A stretch of 64,000 nt of DNA from Candidatus Doudnabacteria bacterium (GTDB taxonomy: Bacteria; Patescibacteriota; Doudnabacteria; UBA920; O2-02-FULL-48-8): NCBI GenBank assembly GCA_016186915.1, contig JACPKU010000004.1:67168-131167 (forward strand), read 5' to 3'. Below, one piece after another: positions 1 through 9,504 of this stretch (positions within the stretch are counted from its first letter, which is position 1; every line of letters begins with the position of its first letter). The notes below the pieces were generated by a model, which was not told the DNA's origin, did no database searches, and worked only from the letters and a program-made list of their open reading frames with translations. A program made the position numbers and the translations under genes.

Positions 1-87
1 GAATTTACCGTTCTCTTGAAAAACATGAGAAGCTGGTTGAGTTTGCAGAAAAAGCTTGAGTCTTTCATCAGGCAACTCGCAGAGTAA
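1..87 (+). CDS. 3' end of a CDS entering the window (EFTVLLKN...RQLAE*)
   Basis: Open frame 1 to TAA at 85-87, followed by a terminator-like hairpin. Confidence 0.45.
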   Translation, partial: EFTVLLKNMRSWLSLQKKLESFIRQLAE

Positions 88-129
88 TAGAAAAGAGAAG
101 CCAGTAAGAACATCTGTCCTCTTCTATAC

Positions 130-163
130 CTAAAACCCCGGCCGTACTTGGTCGGGGTTTTAG
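130..163. terminator. Bidirectional intrinsic terminator
   Basis: CTAAAACCCCG...CGGGGTTTTAG hairpin with A/T tails on both sides. Confidence 0.7.
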
Positions 164-407
164 CAAAAGTGCACTATATTCATTTGAGACTTTCGCGTTA
201 ATGGTCTTTGTTTCGGCTTTAGCGCCTAGAGCTTACCGCAGGACTCTTTTAGGTAGAGTGCACTTGCATGACTGGATTAATCATCCGATGCTCTCCTTTC
301 AATTTAAGTCTATTCCTAGGTTATTTTTTCGTCAAGACCAAAGCCTTGAATGTTTGCTGCGGATTTGCTAGGATATAGTGCTAAATAATCAACAAAGATT
401 ATAGATT

Positions 408-2156
408 ATGAACAAGATATTTTCGCTAATCTTAGCCATTTTTGTCCTTACTTTAGCTGCCTTCCCTGCAATTGGCGAGGCGGCCAATGGCTTATTTATC
501 AGTCAAACTTCTGTTAATTTACAAACTGGACAAAGCACGACTTTGAATGTCACTGTGCCGTTTGGAGAAACAGCCAATGTGTTGGGCAATACCAACACGA
601 GTGTGGCTACGGCGTATATTACTGGCAACTTTTTGTTTATCAGCGCATTGAACAACGGCAGTACCACAATTAGGGTCTGCACCAATAGTCTTAACTGCGT
701 GAGTGTCTTTGTTACCGTGAGCGGATCTGGTTCAGGCGGCCAGATCAGCTTTAGTCCAAGCTCGGTTTCTTTGAATGTCGGGGAGAGCCGCGTGGCCACA
801 GTATTTAATAGCACGGGAAACAGTTTGTTTGTTTCCAATAATTCTAATTCCAATGTTGCGAGCGTGTCACTGTCATTCAACAGCATTACTGTGCAGGGCC
901 TAAACAACGGCAGTACCACGATCACAATTTGCGCCAACAGTAACTTTAATAATCAGTGCGGCAGTTTGTTTGTCACAGTGAGTGGCTTTGGCGGCGGCGG
1001 GGATTTAACATTTAGCAACAGCAATCCGTTTCTCAACATCAGCGAGACCAGGACCATCAGCGTGTTCAACACGCAAAGCAACAGTTTATTTATTTCCAGC
1101 AATTCCAACCCAAACGTGGTGTTTGCATCTGTGTCATTCAATACCGTGAATTTGTTTGGCCAAAACAGCGGCACTGCTACGGTCCGAATTTGTGAGAACA
1201 ATTTAAGCCGTTGCGGCAACATTTTTGTCACGGTGGGCACTGGGGGTGGTGGCAATCAAGTCGTGATCAGCCAGGACAGCGTGGTTTTGAACGTTAACCA
1301 GAACATCAACCTTAATATTTTCGGGGCTTTCGGTTCATTCTTTATTTCCAATAATTCCAATTCTAATGTGGCAGACGCCAGTATCTCTGGCAACAACCTT
1401 TGGATTTTTGGCCGCCAGTCAGGGGTTACCACCATCAGGGTTTGCGCACTGAACAACTCTTCTTTCTGCGACACCGTGCTGGTCACCGTGGGCAGTGGCT
1501 CCACCAACCAAATAGTGTTTGAAACCAACAACGTCAACCTGACTGTTGGCGCCACTAAAACCATAAAGGTGTTCGACACGCAGAACAGTAACCAGTCCTT
1601 GTTTGTCTCCAACAATTCCAACACCAATGTGGTAGATGTGTCTGCAGGCGCTGATTATGTCAATTTGTTTGCCAAGCAGAACGGCTCTGCCAACATTATT
1701 ATCTGCCGCTCCTCAACCAGCTACTGCGGCATTCTTGCTGTCACCGTGGGCGGCATTATCTCTGGAAATTTGATTTATCAAAACGGCACACTGGTCAATG
1801 ACAACGGCACAATTTACATCACTTACAAAAATTCCAAAAGCGGCTTTGCGAATTTACCGGCGTTCACAGGCTTGGGCTTCAAACTGTCCAGCGTGATCAG
1901 CGGCTCCACCTCGTCCCTGACTAACACCGGCTATGTGATTAGTAACCCGAACATTGCTCATCCCTGGGGCAGTTGGTTGAAGAGCGGCCAGACCGTTTAC
2001 TTTGTCCACGAGTCAGGCTTAATCCCGATTCCAAGTTTTGACGTGTTTCTGAACAACGGGGGTACAAGCCGTTTGGTAGTGGATGCGAATTTCAGAGATT
2101 TCGCCATTAAATCAATTCTGCCTGTAATGAGCCCCGACGATCAGCGACTGAAATAA
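408..2156 (+). CDS. Secreted/surface protein with about five tandem ~85-aa beta-rich (Ig-like) repeats
   Basis: N-terminal signal peptide; repeated 'lfvsnNSNxNVAsvs...GsttIrvC...C..vxVTV' units. Confidence 0.75.
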   Translation: MNKIFSLILAIFVLTLAAFPAIGEAANGLFISQTSVNLQTGQSTTLNVTVPFGETANVLGNTNTSVATAYITGNFLFISALNNGSTTIRVCTNSLNCVSVFVTVSGSGSGGQISFSPSSVSLNVGESRVATVFNSTGNSLFVSNNSNSNVASVSLSFNSITVQGLNNGSTTITICANSNFNNQCGSLFVTVSGFGGGGDLTFSNSNPFLNISETRTISVFNTQSNSLFISSNSNPNVVFASVSFNTVNLFGQNSGTATVRICENNLSRCGNIFVTVGTGGGGNQVVISQDSVVLNVNQNINLNIFGAFGSFFISNNSNSNVADASISGNNLWIFGRQSGVTTIRVCALNNSSFCDTVLVTVGSGSTNQIVFETNNVNLTVGATKTIKVFDTQNSNQSLFVSNNSNTNVVDVSAGADYVNLFAKQNGSANIIICRSSTSYCGILAVTVGGIISGNLIYQNGTLVNDNGTIYITYKNSKSGFANLPAFTGLGFKLSSVISGSTSSLTNTGYVISNPNIAHPWGSWLKSGQTVYFVHESGLIPIPSFDVFLNNGGTSRLVVDANFRDFAIKSILPVMSPDDQRLK

Positions 2157-2237
2157 AAGTATTTTTGTGCTATATTGATATTGAACAGCTTAAACTTATA
2201 GAAATTCAAGATTTCTTTAAGAAAGGGGGTGAATTTG

Positions 2238-2489
2238 ATGGCAGGACATAGCAGAGGTTTACACTTGCTAACTTTTACTTTGTTGGTAATCGGGGGTCTT
2301 AATTGGCTGCTGTTGGCATTGTTTAATTGGGAGGTAGGCAGTTTGTTTGGCGGCATGGATGCCGTAGTATCCAAGATTATTTATATCTTGGTCGGATTGT
2401 CAGCGATTTATGAAGCGGCCACGCACGGTTCAAGATGCCGCGCTTGCAAGCCTGATGGCAGTGCACCAGCAGCGCCAATGAACCAATAA
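2238..2489 (+). CDS. DUF378 family small membrane protein
   Basis: 'LLVIGGLNW...IIYILVGLSAIY' motif; SD-like AAAGGGGGTG upstream. Confidence 0.8.
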   Translation: MAGHSRGLHLLTFTLLVIGGLNWLLLALFNWEVGSLFGGMDAVVSKIIYILVGLSAIYEAATHGSRCRACKPDGSAPAAPMNQ

Positions 2490-2602
2490 TTTTGTTTTCA
2501 GTACAGCCCTCTTTTAAAGATCATCTTTGCAATATGCAAAGATGATCTTTGTAATCTTTAGGCCTTGCATTTATAGGGACTTAACCGTAAACTTAAGTTG
2601 TC

Positions 2603-3358
2603 ATGGAAGAGACGATTAGCAATAAAAAATTGTTAACCACCCAAGAAGCGGTGGATGAACTGGTCGGGGAGCAATTCGTCGAATGGCTTTTCGAGTTTAT
2701 CGTTCACGAATTGCAAACCTGGCCGCCGCTGGAAAAAATCAGCAGCGGCAAATTCAAGCAAGAAAAAATTAGAAAATTTATGATCCAACGATACCTTGAT
2801 TCAAAAGCAGTCTGGGGAGGGACAGGAGAAGATCCGGGTTTTTTGGGTTTTGTGATTGCCAATCTTTCTGAATCAGACGACCCAACAGCTGAAACCGCGC
2901 TGTCTGCCATAGAAGTTAGATACGAAGAAGAAAAGCATGGCCTGTCCCGCGAGCTTTGGGAGAATTTAATGAAAGAGTTGGGGGTGGGAGCCGAAGAATT
3001 GAAGTTGTCGGAGCCGAAGGAGTCGGGCAGAAACTATGTTTCAGATTTGTCGGAGCTATATTCCGCCTCGGAGTGGCAGACCGCAGCGGGTGCTTTGGCT
3101 GCTTACCAGATAATGAACCTTGAGGAAAGCAGGGCGCTGGTGCAGCTGCTCAAAAATAACACCCAAGTTTCTGATCCTGGTTTGCAGGCTTTAAAAATCT
3201 CTGCGGAGCAGGATAATAAGACGGTGATTAATCCGGCCAAAATTTTGGAGAAGATAGTGTTTGATAAAGAGAATAAACAGCTGGTCTGGAATGGTGTTTG
3301 GCGCCATTTGGATGCGCGGAAACTGTATTGCGAAAAAATTATGAAATATTTGGAATAG
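2603..3358 (+). CDS. Heme-oxygenase-like (TenA/PqqC/CADD) fold protein, probably degenerate
   Basis: All-helical pattern 'EEEKHG...ELW..LMKELGV', 'WQTAAGALAAY'. Confidence 0.55.
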   Translation: MEETISNKKLLTTQEAVDELVGEQFVEWLFEFIVHELQTWPPLEKISSGKFKQEKIRKFMIQRYLDSKAVWGGTGEDPGFLGFVIANLSESDDPTAETALSAIEVRYEEEKHGLSRELWENLMKELGVGAEELKLSEPKESGRNYVSDLSELYSASEWQTAAGALAAYQIMNLEESRALVQLLKNNTQVSDPGLQALKISAEQDNKTVINPAKILEKIVFDKENKQLVWNGVWRHLDARKLYCEKIMKYLE

Positions 3359-3363
3359 CGATA

Positions 3364-4182
3364 ATGCCGGCAAAGATTATTGACAGCAGGCAAATTGCCC
3401 AAACTATTATTGAGCGGTTAAAAACAGAGGTCAGTAAATTAAATTTTCGGCCTTTGTTTTGCGATATTCTGGTGGGGAGCGATCCTGTCTCTCTGTCATT
3501 TGTCAAGCTCAAAGGAAAGAGAGCAGAGGAGATAGGCTTGGATTTTAAGATGATTCAACTTTCAGAAAACACGACCACCGAGCAGTTGATTGAACAGATT
3601 GAGCAACTGGGGCGTGAGCCGAACCTTAGCGGTTTAATTGTGCAGCTGCCTTTGCCTCCCCACATCGACCAAAAAAAAATTTTGGATTCAATTGATCCAA
3701 GCCTTGATGCGGACTGTCTAAGCGGACAGTCAAAACTTGTGCCGCCGACTGCGGGTGCGGTTTTGACCATCCTTGATTCTTTGGGTCTGGACTTGTCCAG
3801 CAAGCAAATTTTAGTGGTTGGGCAAGGAGAGCTGGTTGGCAAGCCTGTGAGCAAATTGTTAAAACAAAGGGGACTAAGCATTATGTCGGCAGACAGGGCC
3901 ACTAAAAATTTATCGAACTTGACCAGATCAGCCGATGTAATAATTTCCGGAGCCGGTCAGCCTGGGCTGATTAAGAAAAACTCAATTAAGGACGGTGCGG
4001 TTTTGATTGATGCGGGTACAGCGGATCAGGCCGGCGGGATTGTGGGGGATATAGATACTGCTTCGGTTTCGGAGAAGGCCTCATATATTTCAGCCACCCC
4101 GGGCGGAGTGGGGCCGGTGACTGTGGCTAAACTCTTGGAAAATGTGGTCAAACTTGCTAAGATGAAAAAGAAGTATGTATGA
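3364..4182 (+). CDS. folD: Methylenetetrahydrofolate dehydrogenase/cyclohydrolase
   Basis: 'GLIVQLPLP', 'VGKP', 'TPGGVGPVTVA'; start placed at ATG 3364. Confidence 0.93.
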   Translation: MPAKIIDSRQIAQTIIERLKTEVSKLNFRPLFCDILVGSDPVSLSFVKLKGKRAEEIGLDFKMIQLSENTTTEQLIEQIEQLGREPNLSGLIVQLPLPPHIDQKKILDSIDPSLDADCLSGQSKLVPPTAGAVLTILDSLGLDLSSKQILVVGQGELVGKPVSKLLKQRGLSIMSADRATKNLSNLTRSADVIISGAGQPGLIKKNSIKDGAVLIDAGTADQAGGIVGDIDTASVSEKASYISATPGGVGPVTVAKLLENVVKLAKMKKKYV

Positions 4183-5134
4183 TTTGATAATCGTAGGAGG
4201 GGGAGTGAGCGCGTTTGCCGCCGCCCTGTTCGCTGGACGGCGAGGGCTTACGACCCTGGTGATTGCCAAAGACATCGGCGGGCAGGCAAATTTTACTGAT
4301 CTGATAGAAAACTACCCCGGGGTCAAAAGCATAGGCGGATATGAGCTAGTCAGCAAGATTAGAAAGCAAGCGGAAGAGTACGAGGTGGAAGTGTTGTCAG
4401 CCGAAGTTGGAAGTTTGAAGAGCGCTAATAAGGCGTTTGTCTTGACCGCATACGGCAAGCAATATAAAACTCAAACGGTGGTCTTGGCTTTTGGCAAAAC
4501 GCCGCGGGACCTGTCAGTTCCGGGGGAAGAAGAGTTCAAGGGCCGCGGAGTTTCATATTGTGCGAACTGCGATGCCCCGCTTTTTAAAAATAAGGCGGTA
4601 ACAGTGGCGGGCGTTGGAGATCTGAATTTAGAAGCTTGCTTGCTCTCTGCCAGATTCGCCAAAAAAGTTTACGTGCTATCTAAGACGGACAAGCTGACCG
4701 GACACCCGGCTCTTCTCAAAGCAGTAAAGACCAAGCAAAATATCGAGCTGATACCATTTGTCCAAATTTTGGAAATTCAGGGGCGAGAAAAACTGGAGGC
4801 TTTAAGATTGCAGGATTTGAAAACTGGCAAAGAAAAAGAACTGAAAACCGACGGACTGTTTGTGGAGCTGGGTTATGTGGTTAAATCCCAATTCTTGACA
4901 GGGCTGCTACAATTAGATAAGGAAGGACAAATAGTTGTAAATCAGGATCAATCCACTTCAGTTGCCGGTATTTTTGCCGCCGGCGACTGCACCAACCGGC
5001 CTTACAAACAAGCGGTTATCTCTGCCGGCGAAGGGGCAGCAGCTGGCATGGCGGCCTACGATTGGCTAATGCGCAAGCAAGGAGGCCGGGGCCTAACTTC
5101 TGACTGGACGGAAATAAAACGAGTTAAAAGTTAG
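4175..5134 (+). CDS. Thioredoxin-reductase-like FAD-dependent oxidoreductase
   Basis: 'IENYPG', 'GVSYCANCD', 'FAAGD'. Confidence 0.88.
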   Translation: MYDLIIVGGGVSAFAAALFAGRRGLTTLVIAKDIGGQANFTDLIENYPGVKSIGGYELVSKIRKQAEEYEVEVLSAEVGSLKSANKAFVLTAYGKQYKTQTVVLAFGKTPRDLSVPGEEEFKGRGVSYCANCDAPLFKNKAVTVAGVGDLNLEACLLSARFAKKVYVLSKTDKLTGHPALLKAVKTKQNIELIPFVQILEIQGREKLEALRLQDLKTGKEKELKTDGLFVELGYVVKSQFLTGLLQLDKEGQIVVNQDQSTSVAGIFAAGDCTNRPYKQAVISAGEGAAAGMAAYDWLMRKQGGRGLTSDWTEIKRVKS

Positions 5135-5200
5135 TAAAGTTCTAAGTTCATAAAGTATAGGACTTTTTAAACTCAGAACTTAGAACCTAGAACTAAATCT

Positions 5201-6154
5201 ATGAATCACCACAAGCTCATTATAATCGGTTCGGGGCCAGCAGGATTGACTGCGGCCTTGTACGCGGCCAGGGCAGAACTCAAGCCTTTGGTTATTGCCG
5301 GTGTCACCTTTGGCGGACAGCTGATGACCACCACTGAGGTGGAAAATTTTCCGGGTTTTCCAGACGGCAGGCAGGGACCGGAACTCATGCAAGATATGGT
5401 TAAACAGGCAGAACGATTTGGCGCCCAGATGATTTATGATGATGCCATTAAGGTTGATTTTTCCGCCAAAGGCGGATCCGCCTCGGGCGGAAAGAATCAA
5501 CCGTTCAAAGTAGCCACTGGTGATAAGGAATTTACTGCCGACTCCGTAATCATTGCCACGGGCGCCACTTACAAATGGCTAGGTTTGCCCTCGGAGACCA
5601 AATATCGAGGCAAAGGAATTTCTGCCTGCGCCACATGCGATGGGTTTTTCTTCAAGGAGAAGGAGATAATCGTGGTGGGCGGCGGGGACGCGGCCATGGA
5701 AGAGGCTTTGTATCTGACCAAGTTTGCCAGTAAGGTTGTGATTCTTAATCGTACAGGAAAGCTTCGCGCGTCAAAAATTATGCAGGATCGGGTCAAGGCC
5801 AACAGCAAGATCAGCATTGAATACAATAAGCAAGTTGAAGAGTTTTTGGGAGGAGAGAAGCTTACCGGCGGCAAGATCAAGGATAGTGTCAGCGGCCAGG
5901 CGGATGAACGAAAATTTGACGGCGCGTTTATTGCCATAGGACACAAACCAAGCTCGGATATTTTCCGAGGCCAGATTGAGCTGGATGAAAAGGGGTTTGT
6001 AATACCGAAGGATCTGACGCGCACCTCGGTGGAGGGGGTGTTTGTAGCAGGCGATGTCCAGGATCACCGCTACCGCCAAGCCGTGACTGCCGCAGGATTG
6101 GGCTGTATGGCGGCTTTGGACGCGGAGAAGTATTTAGAAATGGACCATGGATAA
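5201..6154 (+). CDS. trxB: Thioredoxin-disulfide reductase with a 10-aa palindrome-derived insert
   Basis: 'GSGPAG', 'VENFPG', 'SACATCDG', 'YRQAVTAAG'. Confidence 0.95.
   Translation: MNHHKLIIIGSGPAGLTAALYAARAELKPLVIAGVTFGGQLMTTTEVENFPGFPDGRQGPELMQDMVKQAERFGAQMIYDDAIKVDFSAKGGSASGGKNQPFKVATGDKEFTADSVIIATGATYKWLGLPSETKYRGKGISACATCDGFFFKEKEIIVVGGGDAAMEEALYLTKFASKVVILNRTGKLRASKIMQDRVKANSKISIEYNKQVEEFLGGEKLTGGKIKDSVSGQADERKFDGAFIAIGHKPSSDIFRGQIELDEKGFVIPKDLTRTSVEGVFVAGDVQDHRYRQAVTAAGLGCMAALDAEKYLEMDHG
5462..5491 (+). repeat. 30-nt double-hairpin element, in-frame in trxB
   Basis: TCCGCCAAAGGCGGA-TCCGCCTCGGGCGGA, encodes [10 protein letters not shown]. Confidence 0.85.
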
Positions 6155-6191
6155 AAATAGTAACGAGTAATTAGTAAAGAGGAATAATTTT

Positions 6192-7427
6192 GTGTCCAAG
6201 TTCAACGCTTTCGAAAATGCCATGCAGCAGCTGCGGACTGCGGCTAAAACCGCCAAAATAAGGCCGGATGTGTCGGAACGTCTGAAGCATCCGGATCGGG
6301 TTCTAAGCGTGAGCATTCCCGTGAAGATGGATGACGGCAGGATCAAAGTATTTGTAGGATACAGGTCGCAATACAACAATGCGCGCGGTCCGTACAAAGG
6401 TGGCTTGAGATTTCATCAAGATGTCGACTTAGACGAAGTAAAAGCTTTATCTTTCTGGATGGCCATCAAAAACGCCGTGGTCAATGTACCCTACGGCGGG
6501 GGCAAAGGCGGCATTACAGTTGATCCAAAACAATTATCCAAGCGAGAGTTGGAGCGATTATCCCGCGGATTTATCCAAAAGATTTACCGCAATATCGGCC
6601 CACACCTGGATGTGCCGGCCCCGGACGTAAACACCACGCCAGAAATTATGGCTTGGATGGTGGATGAATATTCCAAACTGGTGGGCAAATCAACCCCTGC
6701 GGTGATTACCGGCAAGCCGCTGAATAAAGGCGGTAGTCAGGGAAGGACAGAAGCCACTGGATACGGCGGGGTGGAGGTATTAAAAGAAGTTATCAAGGGG
6801 CAAGGGTTAAGGGGCAGGGGTCAAGGGGTGCGCGTAGCTATCCAAGGCTTTGGCAACGTTGGTTTGTATTTTGCTTTGTTTGCCCAAGCAGCAGGGTTCA
6901 AGGTAGTGGCTGTGTCTGATTCCAAATCAGGAATTTATAATCCCCAAGGCTTAGATATAAAAAAAATAAGCAAGTGGAAAGAAAAAAACCGCCAGCTGCG
7001 CGGCTTCCCGGGTGCAAAAAATGTTAGCAACGAAAAATTATTGGAATTGCCTGTGGACGTGTTAGTGCCAGCGGCGCTAGAAAATCAAATTCACAAAGCC
7101 AATGCCAGCAAGATCAAAGCCAAACTGATTATAGAAATGGCCAATGGTCCGACCACCCCCGAAGCGGATCTGATTTTGGCAAAACGCAAAATCTCTGTCG
7201 TGCCTGACGTGCTGTCCAACTCCGGCGGGGTTGCCACTTCTTATCTAGAATGGTATCAAAATCTGCATCAGCAAAAATGGAGCAAGGCTAAGGTCTTGAA
7301 ACGGTTGGAGAAGTTTATGGCACATGCATTTCGCGATGTCGCCAAGACTGCCAAGAAACATCGAACCACTTTGCGCAACGCCGCCTTCATCTTGGCTGTC
7401 CAGCGGATTGCCAAAGCCATGAAATAA
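6192..7427 (+). CDS. gdhA: Glu/Leu/Phe/Val dehydrogenase (glutamate dehydrogenase)
   Basis: 'GPYKGGLRF', 'GGGKGG', 'PAPDV', 'QGFGNVG', 'EMANGP'. Confidence 0.92.
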   Translation: MSKFNAFENAMQQLRTAAKTAKIRPDVSERLKHPDRVLSVSIPVKMDDGRIKVFVGYRSQYNNARGPYKGGLRFHQDVDLDEVKALSFWMAIKNAVVNVPYGGGKGGITVDPKQLSKRELERLSRGFIQKIYRNIGPHLDVPAPDVNTTPEIMAWMVDEYSKLVGKSTPAVITGKPLNKGGSQGRTEATGYGGVEVLKEVIKGQGLRGRGQGVRVAIQGFGNVGLYFALFAQAAGFKVVAVSDSKSGIYNPQGLDIKKISKWKEKNRQLRGFPGAKNVSNEKLLELPVDVLVPAALENQIHKANASKIKAKLIIEMANGPTTPEADLILAKRKISVVPDVLSNSGGVATSYLEWYQNLHQQKWSKAKVLKRLEKFMAHAFRDVAKTAKKHRTTLRNAAFILAVQRIAKAMK

Positions 7428-7512
7428 TTATGAAATATCTAATCACCATTATCGGACTGATCGGCCTGTTGATTATTTTAGGTTTAGTTTTGAGATGAAA
7501 TATCAGCTTAAC

Positions 7513-7542
7513 AAAACCCCGCTGAATCTTGGGCGGGGTTTT
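7513..7542. terminator. Bidirectional terminator between convergent gdhA and efp
   Basis: AAAACCCCGC...GCGGGGTTTT. Confidence 0.75.
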
Positions 7543-8111
7543 TAGTTGGAGCGCTCGACGTAAGTGCCAGACCTGGTGTCTACTCGGATGCTGTCACCTG
7601 CTTTGATGAACAAGGGCACATTGACGGTCAAACCAGTTTCCAGTTTAACTGGCTTGGTCGTGCCGGAAGCGGAGTCACCCTTGATCCCGGGCGGGGCTTC
7701 GATTACCTTCAGATCAATCTTGATCGGTAAATCCAGGCCGATCGACCGGCCTTCATAAGTGATGATAGTTGTTTCCATTCCTTCTTTGAGGTATCCCAAC
7801 TGATCTTCTGCCAAACTTTTAGGCACGGTAATGGTTTCGAAATTTTCTTGGTCCATAAAATGTGCACCTTCGTCGTCAGCGTAGAGAAACTGGACTTTCT
7901 TGCGAGCCACATCCGCTGCTTCCACCTTTTCGCCGTATTTAAACGAATACTCCACGACCTTGCCGCTAATCAGATTTCTTAGCTTAGTTTGGATTACGGG
8001 TTTGCGCTGGGCCGTGCGCATAAAATTCGACCAGATGATCTGGTGCGGTTCATTGTTGTATTTTACTATATGCCCGACTTTTTTTAGCTCGGAAAAGTCC
8101 AGAGTAGCCAT
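7542..8111 (-). CDS. efp: Translation elongation factor P
   Basis: 'PPGIKGDSA', 'KPVKLETG', 'VPLFI', 'YVER'. Confidence 0.95.
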   Translation of the reverse strand: MATLDFSELKKVGHIVKYNNEPHQIIWSNFMRTAQRKPVIQTKLRNLISGKVVEYSFKYGEKVEAADVARKKVQFLYADDEGAHFMDQENFETITVPKSLAEDQLGYLKEGMETTIITYEGRSIGLDLPIKIDLKVIEAPPGIKGDSASGTTKPVKLETGLTVNVPLFIKAGDSIRVDTRSGTYVERSN

Positions 8112-8181
8112 AGGTCATGGATCACGTAACACGGAACAAAAATCAGGTGTTCAATGTTCTATGATATGTGTTATGTGATTT

Positions 8182-8403
8182 TTATGTGCTGGTAAATGGG
8201 AGCAGCGCCATGTGACGCCCATGTTTGAGCGCGCGGGTTACCATTCTCTGGTGCTTACCGCAGTTGCCGGTTTTTTTGGCCGACAGAATTTTGGCATGCG
8301 GAGACATAAAGCGGCGCAAAAACTGCGTGTCTTTGTAATCCACGTAGGAAATTTTTTCACTGCAGAACAAGCAGATTTTTTTAGTTTGCTGTTGGATAGC
8401 CAT
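8182..8403 (-). CDS. rpsR: 30S ribosomal protein S18
   Basis: 'CLFC...VDYKD...LRRF...TGNC.KHQR'. Confidence 0.95.
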   Translation of the reverse strand: MAIQQQTKKICLFCSEKISYVDYKDTQFLRRFMSPHAKILSAKKTGNCGKHQRMVTRALKHGRHMALLPFTST

Positions 8404-8423
8404 ATTAATCGAATTTCTAATTC

Positions 8424-8846
8424 TTAAAAAGGGATGTCCGAGTCTTCGACCTGGATAGTGGGTTCCTCATTATTTGTGGGCTTGCTTTCCGTTGGCGGGA
8501 CAGTTGCCCCACCACTGCCCTTGCTGTCCAGCATAATCATATTATCAGCCACGATCTCGGTGCGGTTTCTTTTTTGTCCGTCGTTGCCTTCCCAGGTTCT
8601 GGTCTGCAGTCGGCCTTCGATATAAACCTTAGCGCCCTTTTTGAGGTATTGGCCGATGATCTCCGCCAGTTTTCTCCAAGCCACGACATTGTGGAACTCC
8701 ACTTGTTCTTGTTTTTGGCCTTGCTGGTTGGTCCAGGTGAAATTGGTAGCCACGCCGAATGAGGCAACGCTGGCGCCGTTGGGGGTGGTGCGGACTTCTG
8801 GGTCGCGGGTTAAGCGACCGATAATTTGGGCTTTGTTTAAATCCAT
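8424..8846 (-). CDS. ssb: Single-stranded DNA-binding protein
   Basis: 'IGRLTRDPE', C-terminal 'DIPF'. Confidence 0.97.
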   Translation of the reverse strand: MDLNKAQIIGRLTRDPEVRTTPNGASVASFGVATNFTWTNQQGQKQEQVEFHNVVAWRKLAEIIGQYLKKGAKVYIEGRLQTRTWEGNDGQKRNRTEIVADNMIMLDSKGSGGATVPPTESKPTNNEEPTIQVEDSDIPF

Positions 8847-8849
8847 AAA

Positions 8850-8914
8850 TCATTCCCATTCCCGCGAAAGCGGGAATCTAATTATTTGACCCCGGATCGT
8901 GGTCCGGGATGACG
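8850..8914. repeat. CGTC-type palindromic repeat pair
   Basis: ATTCCCGCGAAAGCGGGAAT plus CCCGGATCGTGGTCCGGG-ATGACG. Confidence 0.7.
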
Positions 8915-8921
8915 CTTCGCG

Positions 8922-9377
8922 TCATTTTGTTAAATCCTCTGACTCGAGCGCGGTTTCAATCTTTTTCTCAAGTTCAGTATCAGTGAGCTTAATTTCTTGT
9001 TCAACTACCGGGACAGGTTCAATTTTTTTAGGCTTGCGGGAGAGTTTGAGTTTTTCCTGCAAGGCTTGAGTTTTGGTTTTTTGTCGTTCCATCTCCTCTA
9101 GGTTTACAATGATATAGCGGATGATTTGAGTGATGCTTCTGATTTTGTTGTTCAACGGTTCCAATTTTTCTCCGGCTAAATTAAAGGTCTGGAGAACATA
9201 AAAACCGTTCCGGGTTTTCTTGATGGGATAGGCCAATTTTTTCTTTCCCAGCATTTCTTTGGAAAGAATTGTTGCGTTCTGTTGTTTAAGATACAGTTCA
9301 ATTTCAGCAACCACGTTTGGCACTTCATCGTCGGAAACGGCTGAAGATAAAATATACATCAGCTCATATTTTGGCAT
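8922..9377 (-). CDS. rpsF: 30S ribosomal protein S6
   Basis: 'KYELMYIL', 'GKKKLAYPIKK'; synteny with ssb-rpsR. Confidence 0.95.
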   Translation of the reverse strand: MPKYELMYILSSAVSDDEVPNVVAEIELYLKQQNATILSKEMLGKKKLAYPIKKTRNGFYVLQTFNLAGEKLEPLNNKIRSITQIIRYIIVNLEEMERQKTKTQALQEKLKLSRKPKKIEPVPVVEQEIKLTDTELEKKIETALESEDLTK

Positions 9378-9391
9378 AAGGATTGAATCCT

Positions 9392-9421
9392 CTCGTCCTC
9401 CGAAGCTTTAGCGTAGGAGGA
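9392..9421 (+). repeat. CYYG-tagged 30-nt hairpin element
   Basis: CTCG-TCCTCC-GAAGCTTTAGCGTA-GGAGGA. Confidence 0.7.
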
Positions 9422-9504
9422 TTTATCACCCCTCGACAATGCTTGGGGCGAATAATGAGTTAAATTTTATTGCTCGAGTAGTTTAACAAATTTGACGGTT
9501 AGGG

